From the NCBI RefSeq assembly GCF_000284115.1, contig NC_017080.1, positions 3,060,001 through 3,092,000 on the forward strand: a stretch of DNA of 32,000 nt, read 5' to 3'. Every line of letters starts with the position of its first letter. Position 1 is the stretch's first letter. This document shows positions 10,760-19,425 of the stretch, piece by piece. Origin of the DNA: Phycisphaera mikurensis NBRC 102666 (GTDB lineage Bacteria > Planctomycetota > Phycisphaerae > Phycisphaerales > Phycisphaeraceae). The notes under the pieces were generated by a model that worked only from the letters and a program-made list of their open reading frames with translations, did no database searches and was not told the origin of the DNA. The position numbers and the translations under genes were made by a program.

Positions 10760-12796
10760 TCAGCGGCTCAGCAGGAAGGTGAACTCGAAGGTGCGGGGCG
10801 CGTCCCAGCCGTCGAGCCGCTCGCCGCTGGCCCGCCAGCGGTAGAGCGAGCGGAGGATCGGGGCGTCGACCGCGTTGCTGCCGGCGGAGCGGAGGATCCG
10901 GGCGTTGAGCACGGTGCCGTCGCGGTCGAAGGTGACGGCGACGCGCGGCGAACGCACCACCGTGGAGAGGATCGCGACGGGGTCGATCTTCGGGCGGGCG
11001 ACGTCGACGGTGAGGCCGGGGCCGACCTCGACGCGGCCGGGCCGCAGCTCGGTGGCGTCCTCGGCGGCCGTGGCGTCGCTCTCGCTGTCGCTGCGCGGCG
11101 CGGAGGTGGGCTCGGGCGGGCCCTCGGGGGCCGGCGGGGGCTCGGGCGGCGTGGGCGGATCGGCGGCGGAACCGGGGTCGGCGGGATCCGCGGACGGTGG
11201 GGCACGGCCCGCGGATTCCGCCGCGGTCCGCGGGTCTTCGGCCGTCGCGGCGTCCGGGCTCGCAGCGGCGTCGGCCGGGCCGGGCCCGGGCAGGGCGACG
11301 CCCTCCGCCGCGGGCTCGCCGGCGGGCGCGATGGCGGCGGGTTCGGGGCCGAGCGGGGCGGCGGCGGGGGCGGAGGCGGGCGGGGCCGGGGGCGTCGGGG
11401 GCGCGGTGGCGTCGCGGGCGGGTGCGCCGGGCGTGGGAGCGGCCGAGGCCTGCAGGGCCGGCTGCAGCGTGCGGCGGCGGCGTGCGAGCAGGTCCTCGAA
11501 GGCGTCGTGCGCGATCCAGGCGACGGTGACGCGGGGCTCCGCCCCGTCGCGGCCGAGCGGTGTGTCGGGGGCATCGGCATCGCCCGCGACGACCCGGACC
11601 TCGGTGGCCGTGAGGTTGTTGCGGCGGCTGCCCGCGCCGGGATCCCCCTCGTCGACCTCGCCGTCCGCGTCGGCCACGCCCAGGAGGAACGCGGCGCGGG
11701 CGCCGCCGCCGGAGGGGGCGAAGCCCTCGGGGATGGAGGCCTCGCCGGCGGCGGCGGCGCTCGCGCCGCCCGGCAGCGGGCCCGGGGCCTCGGCGGCGAA
11801 CAGCAGCGTGTCGTCGGGGCTCAGGCGGTCGTCGGTGGAGAGGTAGACCGCGTCGCGGCGGGCGGGCCCGGCGGCCGCGGGCCGCAGGTTCTCCACGACG
11901 AGCCGGACCGGGGCGGGGCTGCCGGCCACGAGCGTCACCGGGCGGTCGGCTCGGCCGCCGGGCGGTGCAGAAGCGAGCGTGGCGGCCTCCCCGACGTCAA
12001 GCCGGGCGGCGGCGAGGTCGGGGTAGGGCGAGGCCTCGATGAGCAGCGGGAGCTCGGCCGCGTTCTCGGGCCCGTGCGGCTCGGCGAGGACGCGGCCGGC
12101 GTCCACCTCCACCCGCAGGCGCACGACGCCGGCGGCCTCGGCGGGCAGCGGGAGCACGAGCGTGCGGGCGGATCGGCCGCCGGGCGGCAGCGGCCCGGAG
12201 CCGCGCGCCGCGGCGGCGGCGAGGGGCGGGGCATCGCCGGCGAGCACCGCGACCGCGTCCCGGCCGCCGCCGCGGAGCCAGCCGGCGCCTCGGTTCTCGC
12301 GTTGCCAGGCGACGCGGACCGCCCCGCCGGCGGCGGCGGTGGTGCCGCCGGCGTCGAGGCCGGCGATGGCGAGGTCGCCGGGGCGGCCGTCGTCCACCCA
12401 GAAGGCGGCCCGCAGGGGGCCGGCGTTGCCGAGGGCGAGGCTCGCCGACCACGGCCCGGCGGCGTCGGCGGGCAGCCGCACCCGGGCCTCGGCTTGCGTC
12501 TGCCCGCCGGCGGGGATGGGCGGCAGGTCGATTCGGAAGGGGACCGGCGGCCCGCCGCCCGGCGGCGTCAGCTGGCCGGTCGCCGAGGCGGCGAGCGAGG
12601 CGCGGCCCCCGGCGGCACGCGCGGTGAAGCGGACGAGGGCCGGCCCGCCGGGTTCGACGTCGGCCACCCGAAGCGACACGCCGACCGGCGGCAGGGCGGG
12701 CGGAGCGGGAGCCCAGGCCGCGGCCGCCGCGAGGGCGAGCGCGTGGAGCCCGACGGCGAGGGCGAGCGCAAGCAGCAGCCGACCGCCGGCGATCAT
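10760..12796 (-). CDS. Large secreted/anchored protein with CARDB-like region, Pro/Ala linker and TonB-like C-terminus
   Basis: N-terminal hydrophobic segment (MIAGGRLLLALALAVGLHALALAAAAAW); middle region with LRVEVDAGRVLAEPHGPENAAEL and RRDAVYLSTDDRLSPDDTLL; long A/P/E linker; C-terminus VTFDRDGTVLNARILRSAGSNAVDAPILRSLYRW. Confidence 0.65.
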   Translation of the reverse strand: MIAGGRLLLALALAVGLHALALAAAAAWAPAPPALPPVGVSLRVADVEPGGPALVRFTARAAGGRASLAASATGQLTPPGGGPPVPFRIDLPPIPAGGQTQAEARVRLPADAAGPWSASLALGNAGPLRAAFWVDDGRPGDLAIAGLDAGGTTAAAGGAVRVAWQRENRGAGWLRGGGRDAVAVLAGDAPPLAAAAARGSGPLPPGGRSARTLVLPLPAEAAGVVRLRVEVDAGRVLAEPHGPENAAELPLLIEASPYPDLAAARLDVGEAATLASAPPGGRADRPVTLVAGSPAPVRLVVENLRPAAAGPARRDAVYLSTDDRLSPDDTLLFAAEAPGPLPGGASAAAAGEASIPEGFAPSGGGARAAFLLGVADADGEVDEGDPGAGSRRNNLTATEVRVVAGDADAPDTPLGRDGAEPRVTVAWIAHDAFEDLLARRRRTLQPALQASAAPTPGAPARDATAPPTPPAPPASAPAAAPLGPEPAAIAPAGEPAAEGVALPGPGPADAAASPDAATAEDPRTAAESAGRAPPSADPADPGSAADPPTPPEPPPAPEGPPEPTSAPRSDSESDATAAEDATELRPGRVEVGPGLTVDVARPKIDPVAILSTVVRSPRVAVTFDRDGTVLNARILRSAGSNAVDAPILRSLYRWRASGERLDGWDAPRTFEFTFLLSR
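11188..11233. repeat. 46-nt inverted-repeat element, copy F (intragenic)
   Basis: ccgcggacgg-N26-cggtccgcgg inside the TonB-like CDS linker. Confidence 0.6.
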
Positions 12797-13362
12797 CCGC
12801 CTCCGCCCGCCTCCGGCGGCCCCGACTGATCTGGTCGTGGGCCCGCCTCCGGCGGACCCGACTGATCTGGTCGTGGGTCCGCCTCCGGCGGCCCCGACTG
12901 ATCTGGTCGTGGGTCCGCCTCCGGCGGCCCCACGAGCGCCACCCGCCGCAGCCCGGCTCGCTCGAAGGCCTGGAGCAGCGACCAGATCCGCGGGCCGCGG
13001 TCGGCCGCCGCCGGGCCGCCCGCCCCCGCGTCCTCCACGCCCAAAGCGACGTAGAGCGTCGGCTCCGCCGGGTCCTCCGCCAGCGCGGCGGCGACCGCTT
13101 CCACGCCGGCAGGCTCCAGCGGCTCGCCGTTGTAGCGCAGGCTCCCGTCGGTCGTCAGCGTCAGCACGTGGTCCGGCACCGGGGCCGGACCGCCGGCGCC
13201 GACGACCGGGGCGACGCCCACCGGGAGGGCGTCGGCCCGCACCAGCACCGCCATCGCGTAAATGAAGTACGTGAGCAGCAGGAACACCACGTCCAGCAGC
13301 GGCAGCACGTCCAGCCGCGGCAGTCTTCCTCGGTCGCGGCGGCGGAGCGTGTGCATCGACAT
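12793..13362 (-). CDS. exbD: Biopolymer transport protein, ExbD/TolR family
   Basis: RLPRLDVLPLLDVVFLLLTYFIYAMAVL, VLTLTTDGSLRYNGEPL, LYVALG. Stop overlaps the downstream start by 4 nt. Confidence 0.78.
   Translation of the reverse strand: MSMHTLRRRDRGRLPRLDVLPLLDVVFLLLTYFIYAMAVLVRADALPVGVAPVVGAGGPAPVPDHVLTLTTDGSLRYNGEPLEPAGVEAVAAALAEDPAEPTLYVALGVEDAGAGGPAAADRGPRIWSLLQAFERAGLRRVALVGPPEADPRPDQSGPPEADPRPDQSGPPEAGPRPDQSGPPEAGGGG
12808..12928. repeat. 36-bp tandem repeat (about 3.3 copies) in the 3' end of exbD
   Basis: Unit cgcctccggcggccccgactgatctggtcgtgggtc starts at 12808, 12844, 12880 and (partial) 12916; encodes GPPEADPRPDQS on the minus strand. Confidence 0.92.
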
Positions 13363-14119
13363 CGGGGAGCGGATCGCGCGCGGCCTCCCGCAGCGTAGAG
13401 GGCCGGGGGCCGCGATCGCCCTCGCGCTGGCGGGTGCGGCGGCGGCCGCGCCGCTCCGCGCCGTGGACGGGTTGCCGCCGCTCGCGGAGCCGAACCTCGG
13501 CGCCCTGCGCGTTCTGCTGGAGCGGCCGGTGCCCGGTCCGGGGGAGCCGGTGCCCGCCGCGGATTGGAAGCGGATCCTCGCCGATCCGGCCGCGGTCCGC
13601 GGCGACGCGCTCGCGGTCCGCGGCCGCTACGCCGGGCGGCAGCGGGCGGTGGAGGCCGGCGGGCTCGCCCTCACCGAGTGGGGCTTGATCGTCGAGGGCC
13701 CCGGCGGGGCCGACCTCCCCGTCGTCGTCTACCTGCCCCGCCGCCGGGCTCCCGCGCCCGCCCCCGGCGCGGAGGTCCGCGGCACCGCGCATTTCCTGGC
13801 GCTCTGGGACGACGCCGACGCGGCCGGCCAGCCGCGGCGGTACCCGGTGCTTGCCGCCCGCGGCCTCGCCGCCCCCGCGGCGGCCGCCCGCGACGCCGCG
13901 CGGGCCGCGTGGATCCCGCGGCTGACCGCGCTGGTGGTCGTGCTCACCGCGGCCGCGTGGTGGCTCGCCCGACGCACCCGCCGCCCGCCGAGGCGTCGCC
14001 CCCTCCCCCCGCACCGCCCGGCGGCGGCCGACGCCTCCGGAGGCGAACCCCGCCCCGCCGATCCCGCCGAGGCGCTCGCCCGGCTCGCCGACGAAGCCGC
14101 GGGCCGCGACGCCCCGTAG
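13349..14119 (+). CDS. Hypothetical membrane-anchored protein (N-terminal signal-like segment, C-terminal TM)
   Basis: Hydrophobic AAIALALAGAAAAAPL near the N-terminus, then LTALVVVLTAAAWWLARRTRR. GTG start uncertain. Confidence 0.5.
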   Translation: MCIDIGERIARGLPQRRGPGAAIALALAGAAAAAPLRAVDGLPPLAEPNLGALRVLLERPVPGPGEPVPAADWKRILADPAAVRGDALAVRGRYAGRQRAVEAGGLALTEWGLIVEGPGGADLPVVVYLPRRRAPAPAPGAEVRGTAHFLALWDDADAAGQPRRYPVLAARGLAAPAAAARDAARAAWIPRLTALVVVLTAAAWWLARRTRRPPRRRPLPPHRPAAADASGGEPRPADPAEALARLADEAAGRDAP

Positions 14120-14196
14120 CGTTCCGGCGGTCGGTCGCCGAACCGGCCGCGGGCCCGCCGCGTAGCCACCGGGTCCGCCCGCTCTTGGAGATCTCC

Positions 14197-14877
14197 ATGC
14201 TTCGCCTCCGCCGCCCGCTCCGCCTCGCCGCCGCGGCCCTCGCGACGCTGCTGCCCGCGTCCCTGGCTTGCGCCGAGGCCGCCGATCGTGCCGATCTGTG
14301 GGGCAACGCCGTCGCCGGCTCGCCCGGCCACGCGACGCAGCTGCAGCGCCTGGCCGAGGCCCGGCGGGCCGACCGCGCCGTCGCCCGCGGCCGAGACTTC
14401 GACCGCTACGACCGCTCCAGCCTCGATCGCCTCCGCGGGCACCGCAACGGCGGCCCCGTCGTCGTCATCTCCGGCAGCCGCGACCTCCGCTTCGGACCCG
14501 CGCACCCAAGAGGCGGGCTCCGCGAGCGGGTGCTGGATCAGGCGGACCGCCACCGCCTGCACCGCCAGCGGATCACGCTCGGCGGCGGCGAGGTGCTCGT
14601 CCGCGGCAACACCCGCGGCGTCGTCGTCGTGTCGCCCGGCACCGACCGCTTCGTCGCCGCCGAGCGGTGGCTCCACGGCCGCGACGCCTGCCCGCCCCGC
14701 CGCACCGGCTTCACGCGGCACGGGCGATCCGGCTTCGGCTCCTCTCGCGAGGGCCGCGCCTTCCGCGACGGCTTCCGCGACGGCTTCGATGCCGGCAGCC
14801 GCTCGGGCTTGCGGTCTTGGAGCACCGAGCGCTCCCGCGGTGCCTCGATCGAGTTCGGCTTCGGCCACCGCGACTGA
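14197..14877 (+). CDS. Hypothetical secreted protein, His/Arg/Gly-rich
   Basis: ATG followed by LRLRRPLRLAAAALATLLPASLACAEA (signal peptide); no recognised domain. Confidence 0.5.
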   Translation: MLRLRRPLRLAAAALATLLPASLACAEAADRADLWGNAVAGSPGHATQLQRLAEARRADRAVARGRDFDRYDRSSLDRLRGHRNGGPVVVISGSRDLRFGPAHPRGGLRERVLDQADRHRLHRQRITLGGGEVLVRGNTRGVVVVSPGTDRFVAAERWLHGRDACPPRRTGFTRHGRSGFGSSREGRAFRDGFRDGFDAGSRSGLRSWSTERSRGASIEFGFGHRD

Positions 14878-14954
14878 CACGCGGTCCGGGGGAACCGGGC
14901 GGTGGAGGGTGGCCCCGCCGCAGGCGGGAGGGCAGCCGGTACGCTGCCGCCGCC

Positions 14955-15851
14955 ATGCCAGCGAACATCCGCGAGATCAAGGGCCGCATCAAAGCGGTCA
15001 AGAACATCCAGCGCATCACCAAGACGATGCAGCTGATCGCCTCCGCCCGCTTCCAGGCGATGCAGAAGAAGGCCACGCAGGCCCACGCCTACGCCGACCG
15101 CATCCAGGCGATGGTGGGCGAGGTCGCCCGCAGCCTCGGCAACGCCGAGGGCGTGAACCAGCCGCTGCTGTCCGCCCCCTCGCCGCCCGCGGGGCGGACG
15201 CTCGTGCTGGTGCTGACCTCCGGCCGCGGCCTGTGCGGCTCGTACAACACCCGCGTGCTGCGGGAGGCGGAGACGCTGTTCGAGGCCGGGCTGCCGGCGA
15301 GCCAGCGGGAGACCGAGATGGTCGGCAAGAAGGGCCTCGCCTACGCGAAGTTCAACGACATCGCCGTGGACACCTTCCACGCGCAGATCGGCGAGTCGCC
15401 CGCCTACGCCGACGTCGCCGAGATGGCGGAGCGGTACATCGAGCGCTTCGAGGCCGGGGCGTACGACGCCGTCAAGGTCGTCTACATGAAGTTCATCACC
15501 ATGGGCAACCAGCGCCCCGAGGTGCTGACCCTGCTCCCGATGCAGCCGCCCGAGGCCGCGGACGCGCCCAAGGGCGGCGCCTCGGAGGCCGCGGCGGACT
15601 TCGAGTTCAGCCCCGACGCCGAGACCCTGCTCGGCTCGCTGCTGCCCGAGACCGTGAAGGTCACGCTGATGCGCTGCTTCAACGACGCCGCGGTGAGCGA
15701 GCAGCTCGCCCGGATGGTGGCCATGAAGGCCGCCACCGACGCGGCCACCAAGCAGGGCAAGACGCTCAAGCGGCAGTTCAACCGGGCCCGCCAGACCGCC
15801 ATCACCACCGAGCTTTCCGAGATCATCGGCGGCGCCGCCGCGCTGGAGTAG
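14955..15851 (+). CDS. atpG: F-type ATP synthase gamma subunit
   Basis: MPANIREIKGRIKAVKNIQRITKTMQLIASARFQ, LTSGRGLCGSYNTRVLRE, C-terminal MVAMKAATDAATKQGKTLKRQFNRARQTAITTELSEIIGGAAAL. Confidence 0.95.
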   Translation: MPANIREIKGRIKAVKNIQRITKTMQLIASARFQAMQKKATQAHAYADRIQAMVGEVARSLGNAEGVNQPLLSAPSPPAGRTLVLVLTSGRGLCGSYNTRVLREAETLFEAGLPASQRETEMVGKKGLAYAKFNDIAVDTFHAQIGESPAYADVAEMAERYIERFEAGAYDAVKVVYMKFITMGNQRPEVLTLLPMQPPEAADAPKGGASEAAADFEFSPDAETLLGSLLPETVKVTLMRCFNDAAVSEQLARMVAMKAATDAATKQGKTLKRQFNRARQTAITTELSEIIGGAAALE

Positions 15852-15854
15852 CGG

Positions 15855-16070
15855 ATGACGGACCGACCCTCCCGCCCCCCCTCCTCTTCGCAATCCTGGG
15901 CCGCGGCGGGTGCGGCCTTCGAGATGGCCGGGGCCGTCGGGGCCGGCTGCCTCATTGGCTTCGGCCTCGATCGCTGGCTCGGCTGGACGCCGTGGGGGCT
16001 GATCGCCGGCGCGGCGATCGGTTCGATCCTGGGCTTCTGGGCGCTGGTCCGGCTGGCGATGAAGAAGTGA
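15855..16070 (+). CDS. AtpZ/AtpI-like small membrane protein
   Basis: 71 aa: WAAAGAAFEMAGAVGAGCLIGFGLDRWLGWTPWGLIAGAAIGSILGFWALVRLAMKK (two TM helices, G..LD..LG..PW pattern). Confidence 0.75.
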   Translation: MTDRPSRPPSSSQSWAAAGAAFEMAGAVGAGCLIGFGLDRWLGWTPWGLIAGAAIGSILGFWALVRLAMKK

Positions 16071-16346
16071 GGCCCCGCCGCGGCCCGCGGTCGCCTTGAG
16101 AGGAGCCCGACGCCGCCGGCCCCGTCGGCACCGCGTGCGTCGGGCGTCGCCGTGCGCGCCGGCACCGGCGGCCGGCCGACGCCGGCCCCGACGCGTGGCC
16201 CGCGCGGCAGGCCGGGGGGAAAAGGGAAGCCGTTCGCCTCGATCGATCGGATCCGGCGGGATCACGCGGCGTAGCGTCACCGGGCCGCGGCCGGTTCTTC
16301 CAAGCGTGAAGCTCGGCGAGGCGAGCGGCCGGCTCCGCCGATGGAC

Positions 16347-16392
16347 CCGCGGACCGCGGAGCGCTCCGCCGAGATGGCCCCGCGGTCCGCGG
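16347..16392. repeat. 46-nt inverted-repeat element, copy C
   Basis: ccgcggaccg-N26-cggtccgcgg, perfect arms (extendable by 2 nt outward/inward), just upstream of the phosphatase gene. Confidence 0.75.
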
Positions 16393-16409
16393 GATCGTTG
16401 GATGCCCCC

Positions 16410-16931
16410 ATGCAGCCCCGCTCCGTCCTCTTCGTCTGCCTCGGGAACATCTGCCGGTCGCCGGCGGCCGAGGGCGTTCTGCGCCGCCTGCTCGCCGAGC
16501 GCGGGCTCCAGGACGCGGTGGAGGTGGACTCCGCCGGGCTGCTGGACTTCCACGCCGGAGAGCCGGCGGACGCCCGCATGCGCAAGGCGGCGCGGCGCCG
16601 CGGGATGTCGCTCACCTCGGTCGCGCGGACGCTCACCGGCAGCGACCTCCGTCGCTTCGACCTGATCGTCGCGATGGACGCGAGCAACCTCGAACGCCTC
16701 CTGGACGTGGCCGCGGAGACGGGTTCGGACGCCTTCGCCGCGGGTCGGCTGCGGATGCTCGGCTCCTTCCTGCCCGACGCGGACCGCTCGCGTCCCGAGA
16801 TCGAGCAGGTGGAGGTGCCCGACCCCTACTACGGCGACGGCGACGGCTTCGCCGCGGTGCTCGACCTGCTGGAGGCCGCGATGCCCGGCGTGCTCGAGAC
16901 GCTGCTGGCGATGCCGGAGCGGCACGGGTGA
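16410..16931 (+). CDS. Low molecular weight protein-tyrosine-phosphatase
   Basis: VLFVCLGNICRSPAAEGVLRR (CX5R loop) and VPDPYYGDGDGF (DPYY motif). Confidence 0.93.
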   Translation: MQPRSVLFVCLGNICRSPAAEGVLRRLLAERGLQDAVEVDSAGLLDFHAGEPADARMRKAARRRGMSLTSVARTLTGSDLRRFDLIVAMDASNLERLLDVAAETGSDAFAAGRLRMLGSFLPDADRSRPEIEQVEVPDPYYGDGDGFAAVLDLLEAAMPGVLETLLAMPERHG

Positions 16932-17818
16932 GCGACGCGATCGCCGAGGCGGTGGCGGAGGCGCTGGGCGTCGGGGCGGTCTCGTGCGATGCGGTCGGCG
17001 GCGGCTGCGTCGCGGAGGCTTCGCGGGTCGGGCTGGCGGACGGGCGGCGGGTCTTCGCGAAGCGCCTGCCCGACGCCGGCGCGGGCGTGCTCGAGGCGGA
17101 AGCGGACGGGCTGCGGGAGCTGGGGGAGGTGTCGGCGAGGCTCGGAGCCGGCGATCGGATCGCCACGCCGGGCGTGCTGCACGCGGGAGCGAACCTGCTC
17201 GTGCTGGAGTGGTTGGAGCTGGGCGGGCCGCGTGTCGGCGATGCCACGTGGGGGCGGAGGCTCGCCGCCTTCCACCGGGCTTCCGCGGCGGGTTCCCACG
17301 CCGGGTACGGAGCGGATCAGGACCGCCCGCTGGGAGCGACGCCGCAGGACAACCGCCGCCTGCACGACTGGCCGACCTTCTGGCGCGACCGGCGGCTCGT
17401 CCCGATGCTCGACGCGCTCGGAGCCGCGGGACGCGGTGGCGGCCTCGTCGATCGTGGGCGTCGGCTCGCCGAGCGGATCCCCGAGATCCTCGGCGGGGCC
17501 GACGAGACCCCGTGCCTGCTGCACGGCGACCTGTGGTCCAGCAACCTCGGGAGCGTCGGCGGCGAGCCGGTCTGGTTCGACCCTTCCCCCTACACCGGCT
17601 CGCGCGAGGCGGAGTTCGGCATGACTCGCATGTTCGGCGGCTTCGGTCCGGCGTTCGAGGCGGCGTACCGCGAGGCGTGGCCGCTGCCGGACCCTGATGG
17701 CTTCGACCGGCGGGTCGGCGTCTACGAGCTGCACCACCACCTCAACCACCTGCTGCTGTTCGGAGAGGGCTACCGGGCCGGCTGCGAGCGGCGGATGGCA
17801 CGCCTGCTGCGCGGCTGA
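16928..17818 (+). CDS. Fructosamine kinase family protein
   Basis: GRRVFAKRL, TPCLLHGDLWSSNLGSVGGEPVWFDPSPYTGSREAEFGMTRMFGGF, VYELHHHLNHLLLFGEGY. 4-nt overlap with the upstream gene. Confidence 0.9.
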   Translation: MSDAIAEAVAEALGVGAVSCDAVGGGCVAEASRVGLADGRRVFAKRLPDAGAGVLEAEADGLRELGEVSARLGAGDRIATPGVLHAGANLLVLEWLELGGPRVGDATWGRRLAAFHRASAAGSHAGYGADQDRPLGATPQDNRRLHDWPTFWRDRRLVPMLDALGAAGRGGGLVDRGRRLAERIPEILGGADETPCLLHGDLWSSNLGSVGGEPVWFDPSPYTGSREAEFGMTRMFGGFGPAFEAAYREAWPLPDPDGFDRRVGVYELHHHLNHLLLFGEGYRAGCERRMARLLRG

Positions 17819-17820
17819 CC

Positions 17821-17866
17821 CCGCGGATCGAAGCCGCGACGGAGTTGAAACGGCGGCGGTCCGCGG
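17821..17866. repeat. 46-nt inverted-repeat element, copy E
   Basis: ccgcggatcg-N26-cggtccgcgg (one arm mismatch), starting 3 nt after the kinase stop; a second cggtccgcgg right arm follows at 17867. Confidence 0.65.
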
Positions 17867-17930
17867 CGGTCCGCGGCGATCGACGCACGACGGCATTGAC
17901 CCGGACCCGCCACGCCGCGATGATGCAGGG

Positions 17931-19376
17931 ATGAGCATCCCCACGCTGGTGGGCGGGCACGGGCGGCACGCGGCCGAGGCGACGCGGGCGGCGTTGTTCC
18001 GCGCCGCCTGGTCGCGGGCGGCGGCGCGTGCGGGCGTTCTCGCGTTCGGCGTGCTGGGGGTCGTCGTGCTGTCGCTGCGGGCGGGCGGCATCGAGGCGGT
18101 GCGGCCGCTGTGGGTGGCCGCCGCGGCGGCCGTGTCGCTGCTGGTGGTGCTCGCCGGCACCGCCGTCCAAGCCTGGAGGCAGCGGCCGGCGGAGGAGGCG
18201 GTGCGGGCGTTGCTCGACCGGCGGCAGAGGCTCGGCGGGCTGCTGATGGCGGACGCTCGCGACGGCGCCGACGCGTCCGCGTCCGCCGGGGCCGGTGCCT
18301 GGTCGGGCCGGCTCGCCGGCGTGCAACCCGTGGCGGTGCGGTGGCGCGGCGGGCCGACGCTCGGGCTGCTCGCGGCCGCGGCGGCCTTCGCCGCGGCCGC
18401 GACCCTGGTGCCCATCCCCGAAGCCGCGGCCGGGCCGGGAGCGTTGAACGTCGACCGGCACGTGGAGACGCTTGACGACCAGATCGAGCTGCTCGAAGAG
18501 GAGGAGATCCTCGCGGCGGAAGAGGCGCAGGCGATGCGTGACACGGCCGCCGCGGTGGCCGAGGACGCGGCCGCACAGGACCCGGCCGCGACGTGGGAAG
18601 CGCTCGACCACCTCGCCGCCGAGCTGGCCCGCGAGGGCGCGGCGGCACGGGAGCAAGCCCGCACCGCCGGCCGCGAGGCCGCCGCCGCGGGGACGCTGGC
18701 GGCCGCGATGGCCGAAGCCAGCCTCTCGGCGGAGCAGCGCGGGGCCGCGGCCGACGCGCTCGCCGAGCTGGCGGAGGCGGCGATGGACGCCGCCGGCGGT
18801 CTCCCGCCCGAGCTCGCCGGGGCGCTGGCCGACGCCGCGGCGGCGGGGATCGACGCACAGGCGCTGGAGCGGCTGCAGGAGCTGATGGCGGGCCGGGAAG
18901 GCGAGCTGGCGGCGTTGATGGAGAAGCTCGCGGAGGCGGGGCTGGCGCAGGACCGGCCCGGAGCGGCCGAGCCGGGCGCAGCGGCGAGCCTCGACTCCGC
19001 GTCGCTGAAGGAGTTTCTGGAGAACCTGGAGCCGAGCGCTTGCGACGGCGGCTTGATTGCCGGCGCCTGCCGCACCCCGGGCCGGGGGGGCATCTCCCGC
19101 GGCCGCGGCGACGCCGAGATGACCTGGCGCGACCCGGTGAGCAGCGAGGGCGCGTCGTTCGAGCCGCAGGTGCTGCCGCCCTCGGCCCGCCGCGATCCGA
19201 GCCAGTCGATCAAGCTCGGCGTGAGCCGGGCCGCGCCCGAGGTCGACGCCGGGGGCGGATCGGCCGGGGGCGCCCTCAACGGCGTCACCTCTTCAGGCGG
19301 CGGATCCGCCGCGACGGCCGTGCTGCCCCGCCACCGCGCCGCCGTGCAGCGCTACTTCGACCGCGCCGGCGGATGA
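17931..19376 (+). CDS. Hypothetical membrane protein with long Ala/Glu-rich probable coiled coil; first gene of the MoxR/vWA cluster
   Basis: ATG MSIPTLVGGHGRH..., TM segments ARAGVLAFGVLGVVVLSL and LWVAAAAAVSLLVVLAG, then an E/A-rich helical region. Confidence 0.7.
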   Translation: MSIPTLVGGHGRHAAEATRAALFRAAWSRAAARAGVLAFGVLGVVVLSLRAGGIEAVRPLWVAAAAAVSLLVVLAGTAVQAWRQRPAEEAVRALLDRRQRLGGLLMADARDGADASASAGAGAWSGRLAGVQPVAVRWRGGPTLGLLAAAAAFAAAATLVPIPEAAAGPGALNVDRHVETLDDQIELLEEEEILAAEEAQAMRDTAAAVAEDAAAQDPAATWEALDHLAAELAREGAAAREQARTAGREAAAAGTLAAAMAEASLSAEQRGAAADALAELAEAAMDAAGGLPPELAGALADAAAAGIDAQALERLQELMAGREGELAALMEKLAEAGLAQDRPGAAEPGAAASLDSASLKEFLENLEPSACDGGLIAGACRTPGRGGISRGRGDAEMTWRDPVSSEGASFEPQVLPPSARRDPSQSIKLGVSRAAPEVDAGGGSAGGALNGVTSSGGGSAATAVLPRHRAAVQRYFDRAGG

Positions 19377-19425
19377 GCTCTGCCCTCCCGCGCGACACCG
19401 GCCGGGGATCCGCTAGCGTCCGCTC

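Noticed and set aside
12808-12928. 36-bp repeats as a possible CRISPR array
   Set aside because: Units are directly abutting with no unique spacers, are in frame within exbD, and no cas genes are nearby. Treated as a tandem repeat.
8567-14014. Very long overlapping ORFs on both strands (for example 10760-14014 minus and 7944-9815 plus)
   Set aside because: Stop codons are rare at this GC content. Only the frames with recognisable domains were kept; the rest read as low-complexity Arg/Pro/Ala sequence.
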